NCBI GenBank assembly: GCA_963771465.1 | Contig: CAVYTU010000017.1 | Span: 768,001-832,000 of the forward strand | DNA length: 64,000 nt | Origin: an uncultured delta proteobacterium | GTDB lineage: Bacteria; Desulfobacterota; Binatia; UBA9968 | Direction of reading: 5' to 3' | Shown here: piece after piece, positions 1-10,481 of the stretch | How positions within the stretch are numbered: position 1 is the stretch's first letter | How the letters are laid out: every line of letters starts with the position of its first letter | Notes under the pieces: generated by a model | Databases searched by the model: none | What the model was told of the DNA's origin: nothing | The model's input: the letters and a program-made list of their open reading frames with translations, nothing else | Made by a program: the position numbers and the translations under genes

Positions 1-1
1 C

Positions 2-88
2 AAGGATGGCAAGCCGGCCGGTTACGACGCCGTGCAAACCGCTATCGTGATGATGACCAAGGGCACTCAGTACGTCATCCAAAAGTAA
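2..88 (+). CDS. C-terminal fragment of probable branched-chain amino-acid ABC substrate-binding protein (window edge)
   Basis: Open frame KDGKPAGYDAVQTAIVMMTKGTQYVIQK* ending 3 nt before livH; position typical of LivJ/K. Confidence 0.55.
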   Translation, partial: KDGKPAGYDAVQTAIVMMTKGTQYVIQK

Positions 89-91
89 CGG

Positions 92-973
92 ATGCTCACC
101 CAACAGTTGGTTAACGCGATCTCCCTCGGTGGTGTCTACGCACTGTTCGCGCTCGGTTTTACCTTAGTCTTCGGGGTACTCGGCGTCGTCAATTTGGCCC
201 ATGGCGCGCTCTTCATGCTCGGCGCCTATGCGGCGCTTCAAGCCGTGCTCATATTCCAGTTGCCATTATTGGCGGCGATTGTTGTCGCCATGCTGGTGAC
301 CGCCGCGGGCGGTTGGCTGCTCGACAAATTCATTTTCGCCCCCTTGCGCGCGCGCCAGGCGCCTCATCTGGCGCCGATGATCGCGACCATCGGTCTGGCG
401 ATCGCGCTTAACAGCACGATCCAAGGACTGTTCGGCGCGCAAAATTTGCGCTTTCCGGCCGAAGTTTTGCCTACGGACAGATTGCGCTTGGGCGCCGTTC
501 ACATCACTTGGCTCGAAGTCGAAATAATTGTTCTGGCGATTGCTTTGATGGCAGTTTTGCTCTGGGGACTGAAAAAAACTCAGGTCGGCCGGGCGCTGCG
601 GGGTCTGGCCGAGTCGGTCAAAGCCGCGGCGCTGGTCGGCGTCGATGTTGAAGGGCTATTTCGCGCCACCGCCCTGGTCGCTTCGCTGCTCGGCGGCGTT
701 GCCGGGGTCTTGATCGCGCTTTACAGTAATGCCGTCTATCCCAGCATGGGACAACCGATGTTGCATAAAGGCATTGCGGTGGTGATCCTCGGCGGCATGG
801 GCGATATTCGCGGCGCTTTGCTCGGCGGTTTTTTTCTCGGCTTCGCCGAGGTGTTTTCGGTCGCCTACATCGGCTCGACCATGCGCGACGCCGTCGCCTT
901 CGGACTCTTGTTTACGATCTTGCTGCTGCGGCCCCAGGGGCTGTTCGGTCGCGCCGCGCAGCGGCGCGCCTGA
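92..973 (+). CDS. livH: Branched-chain amino-acid ABC transporter permease
   Basis: QQLVNAISLGGVYALFALGFTLVFGVLGVVNLAHG start and VILGGMG motif. Confidence 0.93.
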   Translation: MLTQQLVNAISLGGVYALFALGFTLVFGVLGVVNLAHGALFMLGAYAALQAVLIFQLPLLAAIVVAMLVTAAGGWLLDKFIFAPLRARQAPHLAPMIATIGLAIALNSTIQGLFGAQNLRFPAEVLPTDRLRLGAVHITWLEVEIIVLAIALMAVLLWGLKKTQVGRALRGLAESVKAAALVGVDVEGLFRATALVASLLGGVAGVLIALYSNAVYPSMGQPMLHKGIAVVILGGMGDIRGALLGGFFLGFAEVFSVAYIGSTMRDAVAFGLLFTILLLRPQGLFGRAAQRRA

Positions 974-1023
974 CGGCGCTCGCCGTCGCGAGTCAGATTC
1001 AAAACCAGCGTTCAGCATATCAT

Positions 1024-1884
1024 ATGGATTGGCTCGACACTTTTTGGTCAACCTACAGCACCTTGGTGCTTTCCCTCGGCACCAATGTTTTGCTGGCGTT
1101 GTCGATTTATCTGACCTTGTCTTGCGGCATGCTGACCGTCGCCAATGCCGCATTCATGGGACTGGGTGCCTACACCGCTGCGTCGCTCACACTCAAGAGC
1201 GGCATGGCGCTCTGGCCGGCGCTTGTCGGCGGGGTTTTTCTGCCAGTAATCATTGCACTGGCGATCGGACGGCCGACGCTTAGGCTGTCGGGCGTCTATC
1301 TAGCGATGGCGACGCTCGCCTTTGGCGAGGTGGTGCGAATTATTATTCTCAACAGCGAGGAAGTGACCGGCGGCGCTCTAGGTCTCAACGCCATTCCTCA
1401 ACTCACCGAGTGGTACGATGTTGCTGCAGCTTTTGGCATCGCGCTTTATGTGCTTTTACGATTGGCGCAGTCGCGCATTGGCCGAACGATGCTCGCCATC
1501 GCCCAAGATGAAACCGCGACCGAATTGATGGGTTTGAACGTGCGCGCTTATAAACTGTTCGCCTTTGTTGCCGGTGCCGGCTTGGCCGGTTTGGCCGGCG
1601 GGCTCAACGCGCATTTCACTTTTTTCATCAGTCCCAATGAATATGGTTTCGATCGTGGCGTAGAAATTCTCGCCATGGGTGTGTTGGGCGGCACGGGAAG
1701 CCCCTGGGGCGCGGTTGTCGGCGGCGTGCTGATTACTTTGTTGCCTGAGGTATTGCGTGGCTTGGGCGATTATCGGCCTCTTATCAACGGCGTGATTTTG
1801 ATCGTGATTATTCTCTACTCGCCCAAGGGCCTTTGGGAGCTTTTCCGCCTGGCCCGGCCAAACCTAGCGAAAACCGCGCTTTAG
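1024..1884 (+). CDS. livM: Branched-chain amino-acid ABC transporter permease
   Basis: LRLSGVYLAMATLAFGE and VLGGTGS motifs; operon position. Confidence 0.92.
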   Translation: MDWLDTFWSTYSTLVLSLGTNVLLALSIYLTLSCGMLTVANAAFMGLGAYTAASLTLKSGMALWPALVGGVFLPVIIALAIGRPTLRLSGVYLAMATLAFGEVVRIIILNSEEVTGGALGLNAIPQLTEWYDVAAAFGIALYVLLRLAQSRIGRTMLAIAQDETATELMGLNVRAYKLFAFVAGAGLAGLAGGLNAHFTFFISPNEYGFDRGVEILAMGVLGGTGSPWGAVVGGVLITLLPEVLRGLGDYRPLINGVILIVIILYSPKGLWELFRLARPNLAKTAL

Positions 1885-1890
1885 CTCGCC

Positions 1891-2679
1891 ATGCTCACGC
1901 TCAGCAAAGTGTCGAAGAGTTTTGGCGGTCTCAAGGTACTCGACGATTTGAGTCTCACCGTTGCGACGCGCGGTATTTTTGGTCTGATCGGGCCCAACGG
2001 CGCTGGCAAAACTACCGTGTTCAATCTCATTACCGGACTACTCACTCCCAGCGCCGGCACTATCGATTTTCTTGGCCAGCGCCTGGATGGTATGGCGCCC
2101 TTCGAAATTACCCGGCGCGGAGTGGCGCGCACTTTCCAAAATATTCGTGTCTTCAAAGAGATGACGTTACTGGAAAATGTCTTGGTAGCGTTGGGCGATC
2201 ACCCGAGTTACAGCGCATTCAGCCTGCTCATGCCGCTGTCGAATCATCGCCGGGCAGAGGCCGATGAACGTGAGCGCGCGGCCGAGCTATTATCGCGCCT
2301 TGGGCTCGCTGAGAAAGCTAATCGCTTCGCGGGAACCCTATCTTACGGCGAACAGCGCCGCTTGGAAATCGCCCGGGCGTTGGCGACCGGACCAAAGTTG
2401 TTGCTCCTCGATGAACCCGCCGCGGGCATGAATAGCGCCGAGAAGCACAATCTCATGAATGAGATCGTCAAACTCGATGACGGTGCGTTGAGCATTCTTA
2501 TCATCGAGCATGACATGCGCTTTGTGATGGAGATCTGTCAACGTATCGCGGTGTTGAATTTTGGCCGTCTGATCGCTCAAGGTAACCCGGCGGAGATTCG
2601 CGCCAACGCTGAGGTCATCGAGGCTTACTTGGGCCAGGACGATGATGCAACTGACGGGCGAAGCGGTGCGGCTTCATGA
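1891..2679 (+). CDS. livG: ABC transporter ATP-binding protein
   Basis: Walker A GPNGAGKT, RTFQNIR, LSYGEQRRLEIARALA, LLLDEPAAG. Confidence 0.95.
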   Translation: MLTLSKVSKSFGGLKVLDDLSLTVATRGIFGLIGPNGAGKTTVFNLITGLLTPSAGTIDFLGQRLDGMAPFEITRRGVARTFQNIRVFKEMTLLENVLVALGDHPSYSAFSLLMPLSNHRRAEADERERAAELLSRLGLAEKANRFAGTLSYGEQRRLEIARALATGPKLLLLDEPAAGMNSAEKHNLMNEIVKLDDGALSILIIEHDMRFVMEICQRIAVLNFGRLIAQGNPAEIRANAEVIEAYLGQDDDATDGRSGAAS

Positions 2680-3389
2680 GCGGCTTTCTCCAGGTCAGTG
2701 GCCTGCGTGTACATTACGGCGTAATCGAAGCGGTTAAGGGCATTGATCTAAATCTCGAGCGCGGCAAGATCACGACGTTGCTTGGCGCCAACGGCGCCGG
2801 CAAATCAACCACGCTCTTGGCGCTATCGGGATTGATTCGAGCCACGGCGGGGTCGGTGGTATTTGACGGGGTTGAGCTGCAGAAGTTGCAGTCCTACCAC
2901 ATTGTCGCCAAGGGCTTGGTCCAGGTACCTGAAGGGCGAGAAATCCTCACTTCGCTCACGGTCAGAGAAAATCTGCTATTGGGCGCTTACCGGCGCCAAC
3001 AGCAGATTGACGTGGACAGCGACTTGGAGCGCTTATTGGAATTGTTTCCACGTCTGCGTGAGCGCGTTGAGGGCGCGGCTGGGAATCTTTCCGGCGGCGA
3101 ACAACAAATGCTGGCTATCGCGCGCGCCCTGATGTCTAAGCCGCGCTTGCTCCTACTCGACGAACCGTCGATGGGTTTGGCGCCCATGCTAGTCCAGGAG
3201 ATTTTTCGCACCTTGCGCGCTCTCAATCAACGCGGATTGACGATTTTTCTGGTGGAGCAGAACGTCCATCAGGCCCTCAAGATCGCCGATTATGCGTATG
3301 TCATGGAAAACGGTGCGATCACGCTTTTCGGACCGAGCACGGAGCTGATGAAGAATCCCAAGGTCGTCGAAGCTTATCTAGGCGGGTAG
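2676..3389 (+). CDS. livF: ABC transporter ATP-binding protein
   Basis: GANGAGKST, VPEGR, LSGGEQQMLAIARALM, LDEPSMGLAP, VEQN. Confidence 0.95.
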   Translation: MSGFLQVSGLRVHYGVIEAVKGIDLNLERGKITTLLGANGAGKSTTLLALSGLIRATAGSVVFDGVELQKLQSYHIVAKGLVQVPEGREILTSLTVRENLLLGAYRRQQQIDVDSDLERLLELFPRLRERVEGAAGNLSGGEQQMLAIARALMSKPRLLLLDEPSMGLAPMLVQEIFRTLRALNQRGLTIFLVEQNVHQALKIADYAYVMENGAITLFGPSTELMKNPKVVEAYLGG

Positions 3390-3625
3390 CCAGCCTTCGC
3401 GGTAACCCTCACCCTACCACATGAGTTTTAGGCAATCTGACGTAATCGGTGGAATATTAATTGATTTCGTCCATTAATACATTTCCGAGTGCTGCGAGGC
3501 GGCGCATTTACATATTTGTTTCAGTGCGCACGGGGTTTCGCTTTTCCTGCACTTCTACGTAGGATTTTCCTGCGGGACTCGTCTTTTTCTGTCGTCTTTT
3601 GTTACTTCTTGCATAGTTAAATTCA

Positions 3626-3640
3626 TGGCATGAAATCTGC
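3626..3640 (+). promoter_or_regulatory. Putative sigma54 -24/-12 promoter
   Basis: TGGCATGAAATCTGC matches TGGCAY-N5-NTGC, 44 nt before the ATG of the HTH gene (RBS AGGAGG between). Confidence 0.55.
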
Positions 3641-3683
3641 CTCTATTTTTGCCCTAGTAACAATTCAGGGTAGGAGGCCTGTT

Positions 3684-3887
3684 ATGGACGAAATACTGAC
3701 CGCTGGCGAAGTTGCAGAACTTTTACAAATCCATCCGCGTACGGTTTATAAGCTGGTGAAAGACGGGTCTATTCCCGGGCGAAAGTTTGGCGGCGGCTGG
3801 CGTTTTAGCCGTAGTGAGATCGTCGCCATGGTTTCACCGCAAGGAAATACTCCACCGCCGGGTAAAATGCACACCGAAGAGCGATAG
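3684..3887 (+). CDS. Small excisionase-like helix-turn-helix DNA-binding protein (HTH_17)
   Basis: MDEILTAGEVAELLQIHPRTVYKLVKDGSIPGRKFGGGWRF; RBS AGGAGG. Confidence 0.85.
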   Translation: MDEILTAGEVAELLQIHPRTVYKLVKDGSIPGRKFGGGWRFSRSEIVAMVSPQGNTPPPGKMHTEER

Positions 3888-4109
3888 ATCATTCTCCAAA
3901 CGAAGCGAATTCCCCGTTGTCGGGATTCGAATTGCGCGGCAAAAAAGATGCAGTGAGCCCCGGTCATTGGGACGGACGGTCGAGGACAACTAGCGTTGGC
4001 CGGAGAAGGCGATGCCTTGAGCGTCGGGTCTACCGGCCAGGGGTCATTGCGTCTAAGTCCGGGCAAAATCTGCTGCGCCGAACGGACAATCCATTTTAAT
4101 TGCCCATCG

Positions 4110-7019
4110 ATGGCTGATCAACCAGACGCATGGTTCGCGCGGCGGCGCTGGAGCATTCGCCATCGGCTAATGGCGTGGGGTCTCGGATTATTGGCCACCG
4201 CGCTGCTCGCCTACGTTATCATCGGTTCATACTACACTCGTGCGCAGATTCGCCGCGCTACGGCAGCGTTGCAAGCCCAAGTGGCGTCAGCCACAGCGCA
4301 GCGCGTCGAATCTTTGTTAGCGTATAAACTTGAACGACTCCACGATACTGCTCTCGATATGTCGGCCAGTCCCGCCGGTGGCGACGCGCAATATTTGCTC
4401 GGCTTACGGTTATTGAAAAGAGATGCCGGTTTTACCGAGCTTGCGGTTCTCAACGCGGATGGCCGGGAAGTCCTTAAATTTTCCGAATCTAGGCTCTACC
4501 CCGCTACTGATCTTCGCGATCGGAGCAACGCCGAATCATTTCGCCAAGCGAGTCGCGGCAGGAAGCTTTTCGCTAACGTCTCCAGCGCCGAGCCGGCGCA
4601 GTCCTCTCTCATCCTGGCCGTGCCGCTCGGGACAGAGTCAATGAACAGCGGTGTTTTGACCGCAAAGCTAAGTTTAGAAGTTTTCCGCGATACGATTAGT
4701 GACGTTCGCTTCGGTCACGGCGGTTACGCTTATCTCATCGAAAAGAGCGGCAATGTGATCGCTACGTCCGACCTGGCCGCGGTTCTCAAGCAGGTCCATC
4801 TTCACGGGCGAGCGAAACTCAACGGCTTCATTGAACGAGGCAAACCGGACAGTAATCCCGGGAGCGAGGAGCAGGGGATAGACGGTTCGCAGGTTCTCAG
4901 CACTTATGCGCCGGTGACCGGCTTGCCGTGGGCCGTGATTGTCGAGGAACCGGCGCGCCTGGCATTGGCCGATTTGGCAAGTTTGCGGCGCACCGACTCG
5001 CTACTGTTTCTGGCCCTTCTGTCGGTGGGAGCAGCGGTCATCATTTGGCTGAGCCGCAGGATAACGACTCCGATTCAGGATCTCAGAGCCGCCGTGGCGA
5101 TTATGGCGCATGGCAATCTGGAGCACCGCGCCAGCGTAACGAACTTCGATGAGATCGGCCAGCTCGCCGGTGAATTCAACACGATGGCTGATGTGTTGAA
5201 AAACTCCTATGCCAATCTCGAACAAAGAATAGAGCAGCGTACCGGCCAGGTCGCGGCGCTATACGGCGTTACCAAGACCGTCAATCAGTCCCTCGACTTG
5301 GATCGCGTGCTGCAGCAGGTGGTCGTGCAGATCACGGAAATTTTTCACTTCGATATGACACGGATTTACTTATTCGACGCCGAGCGAGAGCATCTTATCT
5401 CGCGCGCGGTGTTCGAGACTCACCCGGAGTCTTGGAGCGGTGTCGAACGCTTTGGCAAAGGTCAGAGCGTAGTGGGTCATGTTGCCGAAACCGGCGCCGC
5501 GATCATTTTTGACGATTTGCAGAGTGACCCGCGTTACGCCCAACTGAGCACGAGCAACGCCGGCCGGAACGCCAAGTTTCATTTTCTCGCGATATTGCCG
5601 ATCAAGATTCACGGCAAAATGTTAGGCACTTTAGCGCTGGCCGGCAAACAAAACCGCATCTTGGACGATGAGGAGCTGCGGCTTTTGACTTCCATGTGCG
5701 ATCATATCGCCTTGGCAGTGGAAAAGATCCATCTGTTTGATCAGGTGACGCGGCGGTCGCGCCATCTCGAAGTATTAAACACGATCGGCGCGGCGGTGAG
5801 CCAGTCGCTCAACTTGGATGAAGTGCTCGATCAGGCGGTGGATAAGATCGCCAAGGCTGTCGGCATCCACGCCGCCGTGATTTATCAGCTCAATATGGCG
5901 GATGGTCTTCTGCGCATGAAAGCGTTCCATGGAGTGCGCGACGACATGGCGGCGAGCATGGCGACGCTATCGGCCCACGCCGGTGTTGCCGGCAAAGTGA
6001 TCGAGACCGGACAGCGCGTGATTTTCGAAGATATTCAGAACGATGATCACTATCGCGCGTTAGCTCGTGAGGGCAAAGTCGTCGCCGTGGGGTTTGCCAG
6101 CGCTGCGGTGTTTCCGATCATAGCGAAGGAGAAAATCATCGGCACCCTGCACGTCGCCAGTCGCGCTAAGCGCCATTTTGCCGTTGACGAAACGGAACTG
6201 ATTCAAACCATCGCCGGCCAAGTCGGCGTCGCCATGGATAACGCCACGTTATTCACCGAAGTGAGCGACAAGACCAAGGCGTTAGGGCAAACCAACCAAG
6301 AGCTTCTCGATGCCACCCAGGCCAAGGCTGAGTTCATCGCGGCGATGTCCCATGAGCTGCGCACTCCTCTCAATATCGTCATGGGCAGCTCTGATCTGTT
6401 GCATGAAGGTTTTTTTGGCGAACTCAATGGTGGCCAGCAGGATGCCACGGAAAAAATTTGCCGCAACTCCCGGGTCTTGCTGAAAATGATCAATGACGTA
6501 TTGACGATCTCGCGCGTTGATGCCGGCCGCCTGACGTTGGAGTTGTCGACAGTTGAGGTCGAGGAAGTCATCGATCAGGCGCGCGCTTTGGTCGAGCAGG
6601 TTAACCGCGACAATCGATTGGAAGTGCGCTGGGATATTGACGCTAGCATTCCGCCGCTGGTGACCGATTCGTTGAAACTCGAGGAGATTTTACAAAACCT
6701 GATCGGCAACGCTTTCAAATTTACCCCCACCGGCCGCATCGAAGTGCGAGTGCAGAATCGGCCGGAGCAAGATCGAGTTGAATTTACCGTCGCCGATACC
6801 GGTATCGGCATCGCCGCCGAAGATCAAGGCAGAATTTTTGACGCCTTCGAGCAGTTAAAAGAAGCGCACACTGGTAGTTTTAATGGCGTCGGCCTGGGCC
6901 TGAACATTGTGCGCCGTTACCTCGACCTCATGCAGGGAGAAATTTCCGTCCAAAGCGAGCCCGGCCAGGGTGCTAAATTTACTTTCTCCGTGCCCCATTC
7001 CCTCCAGTTGAATTCCTGA
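4110..7019 (+). CDS. Membrane sensor histidine kinase (Cache-HAMP-GAF-GAF-HisKA-HATPase)
   Basis: Two TM helices, HAMP DEIGQLAGEFNTM, two GAF repeats, SHELRTPL, NLIGNAFKFT, DTGIGI, GVGLGL. Confidence 0.9.
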   Translation: MADQPDAWFARRRWSIRHRLMAWGLGLLATALLAYVIIGSYYTRAQIRRATAALQAQVASATAQRVESLLAYKLERLHDTALDMSASPAGGDAQYLLGLRLLKRDAGFTELAVLNADGREVLKFSESRLYPATDLRDRSNAESFRQASRGRKLFANVSSAEPAQSSLILAVPLGTESMNSGVLTAKLSLEVFRDTISDVRFGHGGYAYLIEKSGNVIATSDLAAVLKQVHLHGRAKLNGFIERGKPDSNPGSEEQGIDGSQVLSTYAPVTGLPWAVIVEEPARLALADLASLRRTDSLLFLALLSVGAAVIIWLSRRITTPIQDLRAAVAIMAHGNLEHRASVTNFDEIGQLAGEFNTMADVLKNSYANLEQRIEQRTGQVAALYGVTKTVNQSLDLDRVLQQVVVQITEIFHFDMTRIYLFDAEREHLISRAVFETHPESWSGVERFGKGQSVVGHVAETGAAIIFDDLQSDPRYAQLSTSNAGRNAKFHFLAILPIKIHGKMLGTLALAGKQNRILDDEELRLLTSMCDHIALAVEKIHLFDQVTRRSRHLEVLNTIGAAVSQSLNLDEVLDQAVDKIAKAVGIHAAVIYQLNMADGLLRMKAFHGVRDDMAASMATLSAHAGVAGKVIETGQRVIFEDIQNDDHYRALAREGKVVAVGFASAAVFPIIAKEKIIGTLHVASRAKRHFAVDETELIQTIAGQVGVAMDNATLFTEVSDKTKALGQTNQELLDATQAKAEFIAAMSHELRTPLNIVMGSSDLLHEGFFGELNGGQQDATEKICRNSRVLLKMINDVLTISRVDAGRLTLELSTVEVEEVIDQARALVEQVNRDNRLEVRWDIDASIPPLVTDSLKLEEILQNLIGNAFKFTPTGRIEVRVQNRPEQDRVEFTVADTGIGIAAEDQGRIFDAFEQLKEAHTGSFNGVGLGLNIVRRYLDLMQGEISVQSEPGQGAKFTFSVPHSLQLNS

Positions 7020-7086
7020 GCTTGCGTTCCGCTCAACGAGCGGCTAGGAAGTACAGAGTTCAAATTCTTTCTAGATTGGAATTGTT

Positions 7087-8262
7087 ATGGCCGGCGCACT
7101 GGCGGGAATCAAAGTCATCGAGGCGGCGAGTTACGTTACCGGCCCCTTCGCTTCTCAGCTGCTAGCGGACTTGGGCGCGGACGTGATCAAGATCGAAGAG
7201 CCCAAGCGCGGCGATCCCTTTCGCGGCTGGGGCGAGCGCAATTATGCCGCAACTTTTTGTAGCCTTAACCGCAACAAGAAGAGCATCACGTTGGACTTTC
7301 GCACAGACGAGGGACGGGATATTGCGTTTAAGTTAATCGCCGGCGCCGATGTATTTATTCAAAATTTTCGTCCCGGTGTACTAGATAAGCGCGGCTTGGG
7401 TTTCGACGATCTCAAGAAAGCCAATCCGAAACTGGTCTATTGTTCGATCTCGGGATTTGGTCCGACCGGACCTTATCGCGATATGCCGGGTTACGACACC
7501 ATCGGCCAAGCGCGCAGCGGGCTGCTCAGTTTGCTGACCGACCCGGGTAAGCCACAAGGAATGGGAATCTCATTCTCCGATCATCTTACCGGCATGTATG
7601 CCTGCTACGGCGTGCTCGGTGCGCTGATGAACCGGATGCTCACCGGCACAGGCCAACATGTCGAGACTTCGCTTTTGCGCGCGTCGGTTTCTTTTATTGC
7701 CGAAAATGCGGCGCGCTATTTCGAGACCGGCCACGTGCCGCGGCGCAAACATCGCACGACGACCGCAGGTGTATTCGCCTTCGAGGACGAAGACGGTCTG
7801 GCCTTCGTGCTGCACATGTCGTCGCCGGATAAATTTTGGCTTGCTCTTTTTGACGTCGTTGGCAAACCGGAATGGGCGCAAGACGCGCGCTTCAATAACC
7901 GCAAAGCCCGGGTGGAAAACTACGATGCGCTGAACGCGCAGCTGGCGCCGATTTTCCGCGGCGGTAAGCGCGAGGATTGGTTGCGCCGGCTGATTGAAAA
8001 AGATGTCCCCGCGGCGCCGATCAACACCCTCGACGAAGTGTTCGCCGATCCACAAGTGAAGACTTACGGTTTCCCTATCGAAGTCGAGCATGCGAAAATG
8101 GGCAAGATGAAATTGATCGGCAATGCCGTCGACATGAGCCGCACGCCGCCGTCCATCGATCGTCCGCCGCCCGTGCTGGGAGAGCATACTGAAGAAATCC
8201 TCGCCGATCTCGGCTACGACAGCGCGCGACTCGCCGCATTGAAAAACCAGGGAGCGATCTGA
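7087..8262 (+). CDS. CoA-transferase family III (CaiB/BaiF)
   Basis: LAGIKVIE...GPFASQLLADLGADVIKIE, NRNKKSITLD, NFRPG, SISGFG, PPVLGEHT. Confidence 0.93.
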   Translation: MAGALAGIKVIEAASYVTGPFASQLLADLGADVIKIEEPKRGDPFRGWGERNYAATFCSLNRNKKSITLDFRTDEGRDIAFKLIAGADVFIQNFRPGVLDKRGLGFDDLKKANPKLVYCSISGFGPTGPYRDMPGYDTIGQARSGLLSLLTDPGKPQGMGISFSDHLTGMYACYGVLGALMNRMLTGTGQHVETSLLRASVSFIAENAARYFETGHVPRRKHRTTTAGVFAFEDEDGLAFVLHMSSPDKFWLALFDVVGKPEWAQDARFNNRKARVENYDALNAQLAPIFRGGKREDWLRRLIEKDVPAAPINTLDEVFADPQVKTYGFPIEVEHAKMGKMKLIGNAVDMSRTPPSIDRPPPVLGEHTEEILADLGYDSARLAALKNQGAI

Positions 8263-8326
8263 AGAAGTTGGATTGATGGCGTATCTGGGATGCACCCATT
8301 GCGTCAACACTCCGCGAGTTCCCGAC

Positions 8327-8809
8327 ATGCGTCATCCCAGTCTCGTTCTTTTATCGCACGATCATCATCATGGCCTGGCGTTGGCGTTACGCTGCCGCAA
8401 GCAGGCGCTTGGCCAGCTAAAACCGATGGGCGCCGCCGGATTGCGCCAACGGGCCAATGAGGTCGTCGAATTTTTCCATGCCAATCTGGTCGCGCACTTT
8501 CGCGCCGAGGAAGAAGTTTTATTGCCGCTTATGCGCACCTTGGTGCCGGCTAGCGCTGCGTTGCTCGATGAGTTGCTGAGTCAACACGAGCAGCTGCGTC
8601 AAGCAGTTCCCAAACTCCAAGCCGGCAGCGGCCTGGCGAAACTTATTTTTGACCTGGGCGATTTACTTGAACGTCATATTCGCAAAGAGGAGCGGGAGCT
8701 GTTTCCGCTCTTCGAAGCGCATGTCGATGCGGCTAGAGCTGAATCCGTTGGGGCGGAACTTAAACGGATTCTCGACGAAGGCGGCAAGAAGCCGGCTAAA
8801 ATGAGCTAA
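8327..8809 (+). CDS. Hemerythrin/HHE cation-binding domain protein
   Basis: LSHDHHHGL, HFRAEEEVLLP, HIRKEERELFP. Confidence 0.8.
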   Translation: MRHPSLVLLSHDHHHGLALALRCRKQALGQLKPMGAAGLRQRANEVVEFFHANLVAHFRAEEEVLLPLMRTLVPASAALLDELLSQHEQLRQAVPKLQAGSGLAKLIFDLGDLLERHIRKEERELFPLFEAHVDAARAESVGAELKRILDEGGKKPAKMS

Positions 8810-8857
8810 AGCCCGGCCGAGCCAATCTCTACACTTTATCGAGATTTTCAGCTGCCT

Positions 8858-9211
8858 CTAATCCATCAGTTTTAAAAGCACATGGCGGCGATTTTTTGTG
8901 TACGGCCTGACTTGGTTGGGCCAGCGGCCGTCTTCGATCGCTTTATCCCACGCCGGGCTGGTGAGCACCTCGGGACTTTCTAACTCATAGATCGCCGTGT
9001 AGGTCGGTTCATTGGGGATCTCGATGGTTTTACTCTCGCCGCCGATGTTCATTGTCAAAGTGCCGCGTTTGTAACGGCTGATGCCAACCACCCCCGGCAC
9101 TTTGCTAAGATTGGGCACATGTTCCTGGTCATAGACTTCGTTGAAAATCGCGTCGTGCTCCGGGTCGACGTCCATGCTGGCGATCATCAGATATTTTGCT
9201 TTGCCTGCCAT
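8858..9211 (-). CDS. EthD/DUF4286-like dimeric alpha-beta barrel protein
   Basis: MDVDPEHDAIFNEVYDQEHVPNLSKVPGV...YTAIYELES; RBS GAGGAG upstream of ATG 9211. Confidence 0.65.
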   Translation of the reverse strand: MAGKAKYLMIASMDVDPEHDAIFNEVYDQEHVPNLSKVPGVVGISRYKRGTLTMNIGGESKTIEIPNEPTYTAIYELESPEVLTSPAWDKAIEDGRWPNQVRPYTKNRRHVLLKLMD

Positions 9212-9245
9212 GACTAAGGTCTCCTCGTCGTGTTTGCTGTTGGTT

Positions 9246-9608
9246 TTACATGCCCAGAAAGCTGCCGATATCCGGCGCCGGCGACTTAATTTCGACGACG
9301 ATCGATTCCTCGATGCCTTCGACGCCATGGGGCACGCCTTTGGGATGGCGGCAGACGTCGCCGGGGCCGAGAATATATTCTTCGCTGCCGACAATCATCT
9401 TGACCTTGCCCTTGACGACGTAGGCAAGGGATTCATGCTGATGCACATGTAACGGCGCGCCGACACCCGGCGTGTAGTGGATTTCCAAAAAAGTCATCTC
9501 ATCGCCTTTGATCAGCGGCTTTACCAGCAGATCGCCGCCATACATCGGCTTACCTTCGATGGCTTTGACCGTGATCGCCTTAACATCGGCGTTCTTTGAT
9601 AGAATCAT
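9246..9608 (-). CDS. Cupin_2 domain protein
   Basis: HVHQHESLAYVVKG...LGPGDVCRHPKGVPH. Confidence 0.88.
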   Translation of the reverse strand: MILSKNADVKAITVKAIEGKPMYGGDLLVKPLIKGDEMTFLEIHYTPGVGAPLHVHQHESLAYVVKGKVKMIVGSEEYILGPGDVCRHPKGVPHGVEGIEESIVVEIKSPAPDIGSFLGM

Positions 9609-9809
9609 TACAGTCTCCTCCGCAAAGCTAACGAATGAAGTTCATGCTAGATCGCTAAGTATCAGGAAAGCCGCTATGAGTCCATCATTGGCGGAACGCA
9701 AAGACAGTGATCCAGGATTCGCCGGCATTGTTTGACAACGGTTGGGCGGCATGATTCCTAGTTGGAAATCGCCGTGATTGTGAAATTTCGCTCGTCATAA
9801 ACTACTTTC

Positions 9810-10415
9810 ATGAAGAAATGGTTAAAATGTCTGGCTTTATCCGGCGCGCTAATGCTTTTTCAGCACGGCATGGTGTCAGCGGAGGAGAAACCGATACGAT
9901 TGGTACCCGTTCTCAAGATCAACAAAGAATTGGACAAGCGCACTGAAATCAAACCATCGGCGATCCCCGGCGCGGGCGATGGATTGTTTGCCGTAACGTC
10001 AATCAAGAAAGGTGATGTGGTGGGCGAGTTGGGCGGACGGCTGGTTGCCGCGGAAGATTATCCGTTGGGCAATTATTATCTCGCTTCGATACCCGAGTGT
10101 GCTTGGGAAGAAACCAAGCCGTATAAATTTCTCGACGCCAAAGACTTCGGTGCCCATGTCAGCCGGATCAATTTTGCGCCCAAGCTGATCAATAGCATTG
10201 AAACTAACTTTCAAAACGCGACGATCCATCAGCTTTGCAATTATCCCTATGTGATCTTCGTCGCGCTCCAAGACATCGCGCCTGGAGAGGAGATTTGGGC
10301 GAGCTACGGGCCGTACTATAGCTACGATAAATTCATGTACGTTGCCGAGGTGCGCGATTTCTTCTGCGGCTTGTTAAAGACCGATTGCAGCGAGGAATAT
10401 TCTTTCGATCCTTGA
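9810..10415 (+). CDS. Exported SET-domain protein (paralog 1)
   Basis: Signal peptide; SAIPGAGDGLFA, SRINFA, ALQDIAPGEEIWASYG SET motifs. Confidence 0.75.
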   Translation: MKKWLKCLALSGALMLFQHGMVSAEEKPIRLVPVLKINKELDKRTEIKPSAIPGAGDGLFAVTSIKKGDVVGELGGRLVAAEDYPLGNYYLASIPECAWEETKPYKFLDAKDFGAHVSRINFAPKLINSIETNFQNATIHQLCNYPYVIFVALQDIAPGEEIWASYGPYYSYDKFMYVAEVRDFFCGLLKTDCSEEYSFDP

Positions 10416-10481
10416 GCGATTGGTAAAATCATTTAGTTCGATTCGACCGTTGAAAAAATCACAGTCCTTTTAGGAGGCGAA

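Noticed and set aside
3684-3887. Excisionase as evidence of a prophage or ICE
   Set aside because: No integrase, att site, tRNA or phage genes nearby; stand-alone HTH_17 regulators are common.
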